Source: Pristiophorus japonicus (taxonomy: Eukaryota). Taken from it: a stretch of 64,000 nt of DNA. Location: NCBI RefSeq assembly GCF_044704955.1, contig NC_091982.1:175274001-175338000 (forward strand), given 5' to 3'. Numbering within the stretch: the stretch's first letter is position 1; each line of letters opens with the position of its first letter. The notes beneath the pieces were generated by a model. It was not told where the DNA came from. It did not search any database and was given only the letters and a program-made list of their open reading frames with translations. Shown piece by piece: positions 25,395 to 38,200 of the stretch. A program made the position numbers and the translations under genes.

Positions 25395-25792
25395 AGACTT
25401 GAAAAAAAGAAGGCTGAGAGGTGACCGAATAGAGGTTTGGCAAATTATGAAGAGGTTTGATAAGCATAGAGAGGATGTTTACACTTGAGAAGCAGTATAA
25501 AGCTAGGTGTCATAAATATAAAATAGTCACTAATAATCCCAATAGAGAATTCAGGAGAAACTTCTTTACCAAGAGATTGGTTAGAATGTGGAACTCGCTA
25601 CCACCACATGGAGTAGCTGAAGCGAATAGCAGAGATGCATTTAAGAGAAAGCTAGATAAGTATGAAGGAGAAAGGAATAGAAGGATACGCAGATAGATGA
25701 AGTAGGGTGGGAGGAGGCTTGTGTGGAGCATAAATACCGGCATAGACAGGTTGGGCTGAATTGCCTCTCTCTGTGCTGTAAATTATATGTAA
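25395..25792 (+). mobile_element. CR1 LINE 3' end
   Basis: REFRRNFFTKRLVRMWNSLP motif and a 3' UTR matching 15200-15600. Confidence 0.85.
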
Positions 25793-26183
25793 TTATTAAT
25801 CAAAACTAAATGTTATTGTGCTGATACCAGAAGGAAAAACTGACAGGTACCATCAATCTATCTTCTATACTACAGCCCAGATGTAAGCGCAGTTTAGGTT
25901 GCAATGGAGCAGCAGGTATCAAGTTCAAGTTCACACATGCCGAGTGCAAATGATATGGAGCAACAGTGGGTAAATGAAGTTGTGGTGCAATTCAGCCATG
26001 ATCTAAATGAATGGCAGAGCAGACTCGAGTGGCTGAATGGCCTACTCCTGTTCCTAAATGTTCCTATGTTCCTTCCCCAAGTGTTGATTAAGTCTATGAA
26101 AGGGAGCGAGGAAAAAGTGGATCAGTCATATAAAGTGCACTTTGAATCAAAAGGACTTAAATTCTTTAATAAGCTATACTCAC

Positions 26184-26331
26184 TGAGAATGCTCTGTGAA
26201 AACGCCTTCACCCAAGCGTACATTTTAATAAATTTTATGTAAGAGATGATTTCATTCATTCTTTGAACACGTTCATCAGTCACAGTAATGCACTTCCTTC
26301 TGAAGTATACAGTCAGCCGGGACACGAACAT
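26184..26331 (-). CDS. ABCC5: ABCC5 exon 8 (TMD1)
   Basis: MFVSRLTVYFRRKCITVTDERVQRMNEIISYIKFIKMYAWVKAFSQSIL, containing the ABCC IKxIKMYAW motif. TTAAAG| acceptor, TCA|GTGAGT donor; 148 nt. Confidence 0.97.
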
Positions 26332-27775
26332 CTTTAACAAAACAAAATAAAAGTTTAAATATACAAGTACATGACTTCTGATTTACAATAGCTGTAAGAA
26401 AGTAGGTCCAACAGAAAATTACAAAAAAAGTGTAGATGTTCCCATGGTAGTTCACTCAACTTGTTATTCTTGGTTTAGCAAAACCTTCAGTTTGCAGAGA
26501 GGAAGCAGTGAAGTTGAAAGGGGACCAAAAATATGGGAATAACCCACAGAGCCACTGAGAGAATAAAAGGTTGGAATCCTGGCATCTGAATTTTTTTTCA
26601 TTCATACAGTAAACATTTTTATTCCCCTTTCTTAATTCTCATACCTTCTATGTATTGAACAAATAATGACATAACCAGGAGGATAAATATTCTCTTTAAT
26701 GAGATGAAGCCACTGTAGATAGAATAAACCCATATACACAAATGATCCATCCTTGCTGCAATTAAAGCTCGTTTATGGATGTCCTTCCAGACCTTCTTGG
26801 CTGGAGGCCCAAGATAAGATGGAAGGGACTTTCCCAAAACAATTTAAAATAATTTTTTTTTAATATATATATTAAAGGAGATGAACAGAGGCTCTACCAG
26901 AGAAGCAAGAACCTCCAAGAGAGATGTTCAAACTCTGAATTACCCTCAAGTAAAATATGTCAACATCTTTGCATTATTAGACAGGCATTGGTGGGGTGGG
27001 GGGAGGGGGGAGAAGAAAAGGAGTTGAAAGCAAGTAAGAAAATATGAGCAAAAAAGTGAGCAAAGTTAAGAGAAAAACACAAAGTAATTTTCTTAAGAAG
27101 GCCCATAATACTTCATCTGCTAGTTACCTTATGGAATCATAAGAAATGTAAATAGTATTTCTTCTGAGAGATGACAGAAAACCAATAGTAATAACTAATT
27201 GCAGAAATAAAAGGAATTCCTTTCAGTATTGAAAAGTGTTTGAAGTGGGAACGACAGAAGGACTGCCCACTATAAACAGGCAAAATGAAGGTTCCTCCAG
27301 GGCAAGGTGGGTAGCGGGGTTCTTTTATGCAATGCATGAGAAATGTGTTAACAGCTGACATCAAAATAACAGCATATTCAGAGGTTATCCATAATGATCA
27401 CTCCTGAAGTATGTACAGGATGCACAGATTTAGAAAACAGAGCTTCAAATTTAAATCATTAATGGGAACAAACTCTCTGCACTTTGAGTGGAAAAATTTA
27501 ATTGAACATGGTACCAAAAAGTGCACTGTAGAAATGAGCAAAATTAAGAGTGTTTAAAATGTAACATGTAAACAAATATACGATTAATTAAAATAATTCA
27601 TGTCCAAACTGATATATACTTAAACCATCGTTACAACAGCAAAGATCGTTACTTTTATTTCCAAATTAATATTGCTGCACTATAACCATCATTGTAATGT
27701 GCTGCATTTCAATACATAACTGCTCCTCAATTAAATTATTTTTTTTTTTTTTTTAAGGAACAGGTCACAACTCAC

Positions 27776-27949
27776 CATAGATGGATAGAAGAGTATGAAG
27801 ACGGCAGAACCGAGGAAGGCAGTGGGACCAAGTAAAGTAGTGTTATAAATCATTCCGAGAACTGCCACAAGAGGCCCACCTGCTAACAAGCTTCCAACTG
27901 CAGCAGCTTCAAACAATCGCTGTCCATCACTTGAGCATATGTTGATGAG
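27776..27949 (-). CDS. ABCC5: ABCC5 exon 7 (TMD1)
   Basis: LINICSSDGQRLFEAAAVGSLLAGGPLVAVLGMIYNTTLLGPTAFLGSAVFILFYPSM. CCATAG| acceptor, ATG|GTGAGT donor; 174 nt. Confidence 0.97.
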
Positions 27950-28044
27950 CTATGGACAGGAAGAAAATCAAAACACTAGATGGGTTCTACAGATTTCCAA
28001 ATTAACATTGCTGCACTATAACAAAAACATTGCAGCATGCTACT

Positions 28045-28473
28045 TCAGGGAGCAATGCGTGCTGTACAGGAGAGCAACGGCTGCGAAGCCAGGTCGCTGA
28101 TTGTAGTGTGGGCAGGCACAGCAGGAGGGGTGAAAGAGCGGCAAGAGTCCGTAGAGGGAAGTGACCGGGGCCCAGGGGTAGCACGGGCCAGCCAACACTG
28201 CGATGTGTGCGCACGCTCGGTCTGTGCAGCAGAGTTGGTCTCCAATTAGTCTTGAGTAATCCTTGCCACTGGACCAAGACCGAGCTCTGTCAAGTCCGTG
28301 TGGTGGCTGGTGTGCAACGGCCACCACACGTTAAAAAAATCCAAGCACAGGCATCTTCCACCCTCCATGATGTAGTTCGGGATCTGGAATATTAGGTCCT
28401 TCATTGAAACACCTGTGAACTCATCCCTTTTTGGTGTGGAAGCATGTCATCCTGCCTATGATGATGATGATGA
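28045..28473 (+). mobile_element. Short RTE-related retroelement with (ATG)n tail
   Basis: Ends CAAGTCATCCT..CTGCCTATGATGATGATGATG-type, the same tail as the RTE at 56752-57014. Candidate TSD TCTACAGAT (27986-94) / TCTATAGAT (28474-82). Confidence 0.7.
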
Positions 28474-29589
28474 TCTATAGATAAGACAGACTCCTGACAT
28501 TTCCAAAATATTTATTTGTTCCTAATGTTAAAAAAGCACTATATACAGATACACACACTCAATGTTTCCAATTCAATTGCTGCATATTTTCCCTGCTGTC
28601 TTTGCGCATATGCCTTTACACATGTTTTAGAAGGACAGGATCAATATAATCATAAAATGAGCAATGTGTTATTCTGCTGCCAAACTGTACCTTGTGAAAC
28701 TTAAGTGTGTCCCTTAAAGGTCTCAGAGTGCATTTGTTGCATCTTGCTCCGGTCAGCAAGAGGCTCACTGGTCATGGTAGATTCTTGCATCAATGAGATT
28801 TTTTTTTAAATATACTTTTAATGTAACATATTTGCATTTAATATGCAGACATGCAACAGTTCTGGTATACATTTTAAAATTACATATTAATGACTTAGGA
28901 ATGTGTGCACATCCTATCCACAAGCCTTAGTTTCTGTTATCACGTATTTTGTGCAATGGTTTATATCACACTCCACATGCAGGCCTGCTACCAGTCGTGG
29001 CACTGTAACACAAGTCTCCTAGTTCCACCCACCATTTTCTTCTTTCTAGTACAATTATTATATTACTTAACTTTGAAATTTTAAGCAGTCCTGGCCGGTT
29101 GAAAAAAAATATATTTTCACACAAAATAATTTGGGATACTACATTTTCCTTTTTGGCGCGGAAACAAGTCATCCTCGCTTTGAGGGACTGCCTATGATGA
29201 TGATGATCTACAGATAAGACAAACTCCTGACATTTCCAAAATATGACCTCCAAACCTTGATTACATGCCATCCATTCCCATACCCAGCTTTAGCTTTGCC
29301 ATCTTCTTTCATCCTTGGGCACATCCCCACTCACCTCACACACAACTCTTATTTCACTTTCAGGCTAGGGTTTGCTACCTGCGATTTTCCTGCTTCAGCT
29401 CTGGCTACCACCTCACCGTGGTGGCCCAGCATCGGGTCAGGATCTATTTTTCAGCCTTGGCTTTTCCATCCTTTTGCCCTTTGCCTCCCATCATGCTATG
29501 CTAGCACCAGGCCTCATCTGTGATTGCCCCTGATAAACCAGCATTTAAGTTCTCAAAGTGCTGCAAGTGCTGATCTCATGCATTATAGG

Positions 29590-32500
29590 ATTCAGCCAGC
29601 CGACAGAGACTTTGGAAGTTTCTGTCTTTGGAAAAAAGCTACAAAATCTGAGGTAAAATACAGCACATGGTGTGAACAGCTAGAGATTAAAATGGCAGGT
29701 GAATTGGGACATTTGGGAGAATATAGACACGACCAGGAATGTTTTAAAGCGTAGGTGGATCGGCTAGAAATGGATTTCACTGCAAATAACATAATCGAAG
29801 TTCCAGACAATGCAGTCCAGAACCAGGCTGTGTTGGAACGTAAGAAAGCGATCTTCTTATCGGAGGCAGGTCCGGCATTATATGGCACTCTTGTAAATCT
29901 GCTTGTGCCTGACGAGCCAAAGGACACAACACTTAAGAGATTTTAACGAAGCTGGAGCAGCACTATAACCCCAAACCGTTAGAAATTGCTGAAAGCTATC
30001 GTTTAAGGATTCAGAATCAAAAGATTGATGAAAGTATCAGTGATTACATCATAGCATTAAAAAAAAAAGCTATCGATGCAGTGTAATTTTGGAAACTTTC
30101 AAAACCGAGCATTACGGGATCGTTTTGTTTGTGGGATGAAAAATGATGCGATCAGAAGGAAGTTATTGACGACGGATGACTTGACTTTTGAGATTGCTTG
30201 TCAGACGAGGTCGATGGGCATGGCCGAATAATATTCCCGAGAATTAAATAATAATTACGGTCGTCAGTTAACCAAGGTAAATCACCTGCAGGTGCAAAGT
30301 AAAAGACAGGCATGGCCGAAAGTCTCAGAAACTGGAATTCTACCAGAGCGTCGAAGTCGTGCTATAGGTGCCTGGGACAACACATTGCTCAAAGTTGTCC
30401 ATACGTGAAGGCAGAGTGTTTCTTCTGCAGGAAGACTAGGCTTCTTGCAAAGGCATGCCGACTGAAGGGTAAATCAGCTTTCAAAGCTATGAGTCCAGCA
30501 TTCATAGCTATGAGTAGAAATCCAAAGAGACTACATAGCTTGGAAGAACAACAGGTCAAGAAGATGTTAGAGTTACACGTCATCAGGAGCACGAGGTTAA
30601 CGGACAGTGATTCGGAAAGCATCAAAATCCACATAGATGTTGCGGGATTCAAGATACCAATGGAAACTGACATGGGTGCATCCGTGCGTGTAGCACCGGA
30701 GTCACTGTACCTCGACAAATTGCGTGATTTTCAACTGGAGAAATCAAAGATAGAGCTGCGAGGCTACTCAGGAAAGAAAATTCCTGTAGTAGGCCATATC
30801 ACCATATCGGTGAAATATAAAGATCAATTTCAAAGCTTGCCTCTAATAGTAGTGAAGAGAGACAAGACTGCCTTACCAGGAAGAAATTGGTTGAGCTCAC
30901 TGAAGCTGGATTGGAGTAAGATTTTCTGTGTGGAAGCGAGATTTTCATCAACGGATGAGATTATCAAGAAGTAGCCGAAGGTGTTCTGGGAAACGGGCAG
31001 TCCGATCCAAGACTTCAAGGTGAGTGTCGGTACAGAAGGATGCAAGATCAATTTACTACAAGCCACGTTCCATACCATATGCACTCAAGGAGAAAGTTGA
31101 GCAAGAACTCAAAAGACTAGAGACTGAACATTATTTTTAAGATAGATCGATGTAATTGGGCTACACCCATTGTTGTTGTACCCAAGTCTGATGGTAAGGT
31201 AAGATTGTGTGGTGATTATAAAGTAACCGTAAACCAAGTTCTAGAGGGTAATGTTCCCAATACATTGCCAAATATAGAAGATTTGTTCACAACACTGACA
31301 AGTGGTCAGATCTTCTCAAAACTGGATCTTACGAATGCCTACTAACAGCTTGAACTAGATGAGGAGTCCAAGTCATGTTTGACTATAAATACTCATCTAG
31401 GCCTATATCAATTTAATAGGCTACAGTTTGGAGTGTCTTCCTCCCTTGCCATATTCCAAGGGGTGATGAGCCAGTTTATGCAAGGTACTGAAGGGGTAAG
31501 TATGTTATTTGGATGACATACTAATTTCAGCACCAAATAGGCAAATTCATAATAGCATATTGAATGAAGTCCTCAAACGGCTAGAGAAGCACAGAGTATG
31601 AGTGTCTGCTCGCAAGTGTGAGTTATTTAAAAACTCAGTGGAGTACTTAGGGTACAGAGTAGACAAAGATGGTTTACATCCAACCATGGAAAAATTGGAT
31701 GCAATCAGAAATGCACCCACTCCCAGGAATGTCACTGAACTTTGTTCATTCTTGGGTATTTTAAGCTATTATGGGAAGTTCCTACCAAATTTGGCTACAG
31801 TATTACATCCACTGAATGAACTTTTGAAAAAACAGGTCCATTGGAAGTGGTCAAAAGAATGCAATATAGCATTCAAGGAGTGTAAAAGCAAATTGGTAGA
31901 GAGCACCATGTTAGTTCACTATGACATATCTAAGGAGATTAAGTAGCATGTGATGCCTCTCCGTATGGAGTTGGGGCAGTAATCTCTCATGTATTAAGTA
32001 GTGGGGAGGAGAGACCAATTGCTTTTGCTTCACGCATTCTCAGTGCCAGTGAGAGTAATTATGCGCAAATTGAAAGGGAAGCTTTGGCATTAATTTTTGC
32101 GGTCAAGAAGTTTCACAAATACTTGTATGGTCGTAAGTTTACCATCGTTACGGACCATAAGCCCCTAACAGCAATCCTCCATCTAAAGTCCCCAGTTCCA
32201 ACATTAGCTGCAGCCTGAATGCAGAAATGGGCTTTGATTTTGTCAGCATATACATATGATATTGAATACAGACGATCAGCTGATCACAGTAATGCTGATG
32301 CAATGTCTAGATTGCCTTCCCCATCACAAGTTACACCCGACAGGGAAGAAGTGTTTTATTTTTCATACATTGATGAACTGCCAGTCACAGCTGAAGAGAT
32401 TGGTAGAGCAATCAAATGTGACCCAGTGATGTCAAAGGTGTATGAGTATATTGCAAATGGATGGCCAAACCAGGTAACAGACAAAGATACACATTCATTC

Positions 32501-34068
32501 TTCATTCGTAGGATGTGGGGTTCAAGAGTGGTTATACCAAATAAATTAAGGTCCAAATTATTAGGAGACCTCCATGACCAGCACCTGGGAATGTTCTTGA
32601 CCAAGAGTTTTGCACGCAGTTATTATGGTGGCCAGGTCTTGATAAAGATATGGAGTACATCGTGAGTCAGTGTACGACATGTCAATCGGTAAGCAAGCAA
32701 CCACCACCAGTACCATTACAGCCATGGAAATGGCCTCCCAGGGTGTGGCAAAGGCTACATATTGATTTTGCTGAGTTAGAAGGACAACAATTGTTCATTG
32801 TGTTTGATAGCCATTCGAAGTGGGTTGAGGTATTTCTAATGTGGAAAATAACAAGTAAAACATTGGACATTTTACGAAAATTATTTTCTGCATTTGGCCT
32901 TCCTGAAGAAATTGTTTCGGATAATGGACCACAATTTCGTTGAGAAGAATTTGCACAATTCACGAGCAAAAATGGTGTGAAACATACCAAGGTTCCACCA
33001 TACCGTCCTGCTTCGAATGGCGCAGTAGAGCGCACTATACAAATTGTAAAACATGCCCTCATAAAACAAATGTTAGATCCAAATCCAAGAAAACAACAGT
33101 TGTTATTTGATCACAAATTGGCTAATTTTTTGATTACATATCGAAATACTCCTCATACAACTACAGGTAGAACACCAGCAGAGTTGTTTCTCAAACGACA
33201 GCCACGAACCAGATTCTCGTTGTTAAAGCCAAATTTGGCACAGTCCATAGAAGAGACACAATTAAGACAGAAAGAGAATCGTGATAGAGGTAGAGTAAAA
33301 GAGAGAAGTGTGAAATTAAACCAGAAGGTGAGAGTGAAGAACCAATCACCATAAATGGTTAAAGTGGTTACCAGGAAGAGTGGTGAAGATATGTGATCCT
33401 CGCACATATTTGGTAAAGATGTTTGATAATGGACAGGTTAGGTCTGTTCATATTGACCATATTTTACCTACAGACATGGAAGGAGTTGAAGGTGGGAATG
33501 ATTCAATTATTTCTGACTCATCAGATAGTTTTGATACACCAGTAGCAAATCCTAAATCCAATGTACTGGAAACAAATCCAGGAGAGAATCAGAATGAAAG
33601 TCTGAGTCCGAGTCAGGAAAACAAAGAGCCTGAAGTTAGAGTGAGTTCAAATGAAAATCAAGGAAATTCCGTGGAGGAAAACATTCCTCAGGATGAGCCT
33701 CGAATGAGTGTGAAATCGACACCATGTTTGGAAGGTTCTGTTCGAGAGCAAAGGTATCCTCTTCGAAAAAGAAAACAAGTGGTAAAGTTAAATTTGTAAA
33801 TATGGGAAAAAAAAGTTTATATCCTGTGTTATGTATAAACATGAAGTTATGTATGATGTTTGTTATGATGGCTTCTTCATTAAAGAGGGAGAAGTGTAAT
33901 ATCTGTAAGCTTGTAATGTTTGTAGCTCCACACTGTGGATGTGGATGTATTGTGTACTGCAAGTGCAGAGTTAATCATTAAACAGAACCAGGCAATTCCG
34001 GAGACTTCCGAGAGAGCTGCCTGCCATGTTAGGAAGCTGTGTGTGCTGTGCTCTGTGAAGATACCACA
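29590..34068 (+). mobile_element. Decayed Ty3/Gypsy LTR retrotransposon (gag-pol, 3' LTR; 5' LTR missing), antisense in ABCC5 intron 6
   Basis: Gag from ATG 29692 (MAGELGHLGEY...). Zn knuckles CYRCLGQHIAQSC and a degenerate CFFCRKTRLLAKAC; protease DMGAS (from DTG); RT WATPIVVV, LCGDYKVTVN and YLDD; RNase [12 protein letters not shown]; integrase LHDQH..CTTC, LHIDFA, VSDNGPQF, SNGAVER. Many stops and frameshifts. Confidence 0.95.
33895..34068 (+). repeat. 3' LTR (174 bp) of the Gypsy element
   Basis: Follows the PPT AAAGAGGGAGAAG. Starts TGTAATATCT and ends AGATACCACA (imperfect terminal inverted repeat, TG...CA). Confidence 0.8.
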
Positions 34069-34987
34069 ATCTCCTATGGCACTTGGACAGGGAATCTAGA
34101 CCAGTGGATACCTGGAACAGGATGAGCTGATGAAATTCAGTCCCCATTTTAAAATCATCTATAAATTCCTATGTCTACAAGGAAACAACCTAACTTTTGA
34201 CACTGTAATTACACACTCACACCACCACATCGCTATCTCCTGCCAACCCCCCCACCCCCCCGCCATGGAAGTGCTCCATTGCCACAACTGACAAGTGACT
34301 GCAGATACTGTGTGGCAATTTTACATAGGCAGTTTCCATTATAAATCTGAACATAGGAATTTTTAGTGGAAATAAAAATAAAGACAACAGAGACAAAGTA
34401 TGACTTTCAAAAGGGGACAGAATTATATCTGCATACTTTTTCAATTATGGCCATTCCTCCAACCTGCTTCACCTGAAATCTTGCCAGTAGAGGTAGACAT
34501 CGCTCATTTTTTTAAAAATTATTGTGGCATCACGTTTAGTGGCAACTTTTTCCTATTGCAAGTTTCTATGTTCGCATTCATAATGTAATTGGTCTATGTA
34601 AACTTATCTTTCTGATTGCACAAACCTCCTAATCTTCAGACTTTCCCTTCAGTGCTCCCCTAGCCTACTTCCCGCTCAGAGCTCGTAGGCTTCATACTCC
34701 AAGATTATTCCATGCAAAAACATCACCAAATCTGAATTCTTACAGACGCCATTCTGCAATCGCACCGAGCATTCCAACCTCAGCACGACCGCATCAAATC
34801 ATTCACACTGACCCACAACGCTGTTGTAGCCCTCCCTCCCTGTACTAATTAAGAGTTAGACTGATACTGACCTGAAACAGTCTAAAATTCAACATTTTGG
34901 GTCTGTTTATTAAACCCTGTGATTCTGATTCTATCAAGCCAACTATTGCATAACTCTGCTCAAACAAGACCTGCATTGTAAACATAC

Positions 34988-35221
34988 CTCACCCAGAGAT
35001 TTCTCCTTTATGTTCTTAAGTTTCAGAATCTTGTCAAATGCCATGGTAAGGACAGCTCCTCGAAGTCTGGCAGCAGTGCGGTAGTTCAGTGCCCAGGTCA
35101 TTGCAAATGACCAGGAACGGACTACTTCTGTCATAAACAGCCCAAAGCTTAACAACAAGCCATACTGCAGGTTCGACTCACTCAGTGCTGCATAGTCCAG
35201 AAGACGCTTCACAAGAAAAGC
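34988..35221 (-). CDS. ABCC5: ABCC5 exon 6 (TMD1)
   Basis: AFLVKRLLDYAALSESNLQYGLLLSFGLFMTEVVRSWSFAMTWALNYRTAARLRGAVLTMAFDKILKLKNIKEKSLGE. TTCTAG| acceptor, GAG|GTATGT donor; 234 nt. Confidence 0.97.
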
Positions 35222-38200
35222 CTAGAAAAGGAAAATACTAGTGTGAATGTGAAAAGGTACTGTAACTGTTTGCAAATTTTTTTTTTAAAAAGATAGAATA
35301 AGTATATTTTGAATTTTACATTCCTTATTTTACCATATTCCATTGTGACAATCTATCAGAACATTGTACCTACAGTTGACTGAAGAATGAAGTGGCAGTG
35401 TTTGCAAAACACCCCTGAAAGTAAACAGTGGGAGTTTAATCATACTAGAACAGGAGAAAAACAGATGAGGTGCTTACATTAGAATACTTTTTGGTTATTG
35501 CTTTACCTCATGAAAATACTCACCTCCCATACAAATTCACTGTACTGGTGTCGTGTGAACATGCAGACATATAACTTAAAGGAGGAAATGGAAACCACAA
35601 GAATGGCAATTTTATCACATCATGAATTCAACTCACATTGAGGGGACAATTTTATTGGAATTTCAATGATTTCCCAAAAATACAACACAACAACGACTAA
35701 TTTTAATGAAAGCCGTAATATAAATACATAAAACTATATGTAAAAATTGAATGCATCAGTTGCACAGTCAAATTGCTACATTCTGGTCATAAAACAAAAA
35801 ACACTGCATTTTATCTGCATTGCTACAACCAATAGTGTTTAAATCTACATAAAATCCACCATGAATGAAATACAATTATTTCAACAAAGTATATCACCAA
35901 GTCAACCACCTTTTACAAAAAGGATTTTGCAGAAAAGTGGAAGCCTCAGAGCATCTATATTACAATACTCCACACATGATCTACATTTACATTGCAGTGC
36001 ATGTGTATGTAATTTTTCTTTGGAAGGGAGAAATCAGTCAATTCAGTGCAGAACTCACTACAGGATATCGTTTCTAAGAAACAGTTAAACAGAATAGAAT
36101 TTTCTCAAGTTGTGCCAAGTCAAAAATGAGATTTTGTGACCCATGATTGTTTTGAATAAAACACGCACTTGAGAATGTAATGCCAATCACAGACAAGGAA
36201 TGAGCAGTGTACTTAAAATGCAATGTAGTATTCATTCAAACCCATAACAGTTTTAAACATTCTGCTTGTACCAATTTCTACATATTGATAGGGATTGTTA
36301 ATCCTTTTTTGTACTACATGCATTCAATACTTCCACTGCCAGTGAATGGGAGCTGGGTGTGGGGGGTTGGGAAGATAGTGGATAGAAAGAGGAAGAAAAG
36401 GAGGCAGAAACATGGCAGAAGGTTAATTACTATTAAAAAGAGCAGCACAGTTTGAAGATATTTCAGTGGTGCATTTTGCATTGTTCTCTTTTTAAGCAGT
36501 GAAATAGGTCCAAGGGAATGTACCTTCTAAATTTACCCTTTTAGAATGTATGTATGTTTTTTCTTAGACATCCTTTCTTTAAAACTTAACCTACATAAAT
36601 CCTGCATATTTCAGGGTTCAAGAGGAAAAACTGCTTCACTGCACAATGTTCCTTGCTGCTAGAATGTAATTGATTCAAAGTCTTCTGCTAGATCAGGGCT
36701 TTTGCAAACAAGAACTGAAGGCGGTCACATTTTCATCAAGTGCATAATTTACTGAGCCAGCAATGAGCGGACTTGAGATTGTAGCTGCTACTGAGCACCA
36801 ATGCAGTCACTCTGAATTGACTTATAGTTCTGTTTATTAGTTCAAGGATCTACCAACTAGTTTATTACTAATAATGATATACAAGAAACATATTTAGTAA
36901 CAGTCTGTCATACTTGCCCTACCCACCATACCATTAACTGGCCCAATGATTTCAGTTACCACAAACACATGTTACAAGCGCTAAAATCTTAAGCTCATCC
37001 ACATGCAGTATTTTAGCAGGTGGGTTCCACATTTCTGGAACAGCAGTGGCTAAATCAATAATTGTCTTGTTTTGCCTACTAATGTTACACTTGCTGGCAT
37101 ATTTAAATGTAGGCATAGCACAGAAGCTACACTGCAGTCCTGTCCTCCCATTATCCTGCTCACTAGGCAAATTAACCCTGCTTCGTGCAAGAAATCTGCC
37201 CCTTCAGTCCATGTTACAAACTTGCTTCAATGACTCACTAATTAATTTGCACATTAACAGCAGAGAGCACTTAATTTTCTTCAGAATAGGTTTTTGTATA
37301 TACAAATAAAATACATAATCAAATTGGCACTTGGAACCAAAATATATATATATTTTTTTTTAAATAGGAACAGTTCATCAATTTAAATAATAATTACTTT
37401 TCACATCAGACCTATGGCAGAAATTTGCGGTGATGTTAAACATTTGTCTGAATCATACAAGTGCTCATTTTAAAAAGGTGCAGTGTACAGAAAGGCAGTA
37501 AATATACACGCATATGTATCCAAACATCAGAATTCTGAGCACTGATGCAGGATAATTTAAAATAAACTTTTTGGAAAGGTCCAGAAAGGCATGAAAACAG
37601 CTCTGGAGAAATCACAGAAATTGTTTTTGTGTCCATCAGTTCAAGGATAGTCTCATTAACAAATCAAATATACTAGCTTTATAAATAGTACCAGTTTGCA
37701 TATTAAACATTAACTGCAGTCCCAGCAATTCTTTCACATTTAATCCCACAAGAGGATCAAGCCCTAGTTAGAACGTTGCTGTATTGCTGAATCACTCATC
37801 TCATTTTCACTCTGTAGCTAATCCCATCACGTTATTCTTTTCAGCGGCGATTCACCATATGAAAACAACTGTCCATTTCCTGGTCAACTGCACTGCACAC
37901 CAAGTCAAATTCGAAATGGCTGTTCTTGAAAACTCTCCAGTCATATTTTACTGAGATCATATAAATACTTCTGCAAAAGTGTAAATTCCAGTTGAATGTA
38001 CAAGATTAAATTTGTAATTTTTTTTAGATATTACACCTCAGCAGCTGTAAATAACGAATTAGTGAAGATACAGGGAAAGAATCATTCTCCATTTGTGTAG
38101 GCAGCCTAAAAGTGCTCAACTGCACAACAAAACATTGTAGAAGATGACAGTAGCAGCACTTTCTCTGAAGATTCTTCATATCAAGCTTTAAGCGGAACCA

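Noticed and set aside
29692-33799. Domesticated Gypsy-derived gene
   Set aside because: Multiple stops and frameshifts in gag, RT, RNase H and integrase; mutated protease and knuckle motifs.
36785-36822. Possible further poison exon (SIQSDCIGAQ-stop) in intron 5
   Set aside because: The acceptor lacks a pyrimidine tract and no convincing donor was found; resemblance to human isoform tails cannot be verified.
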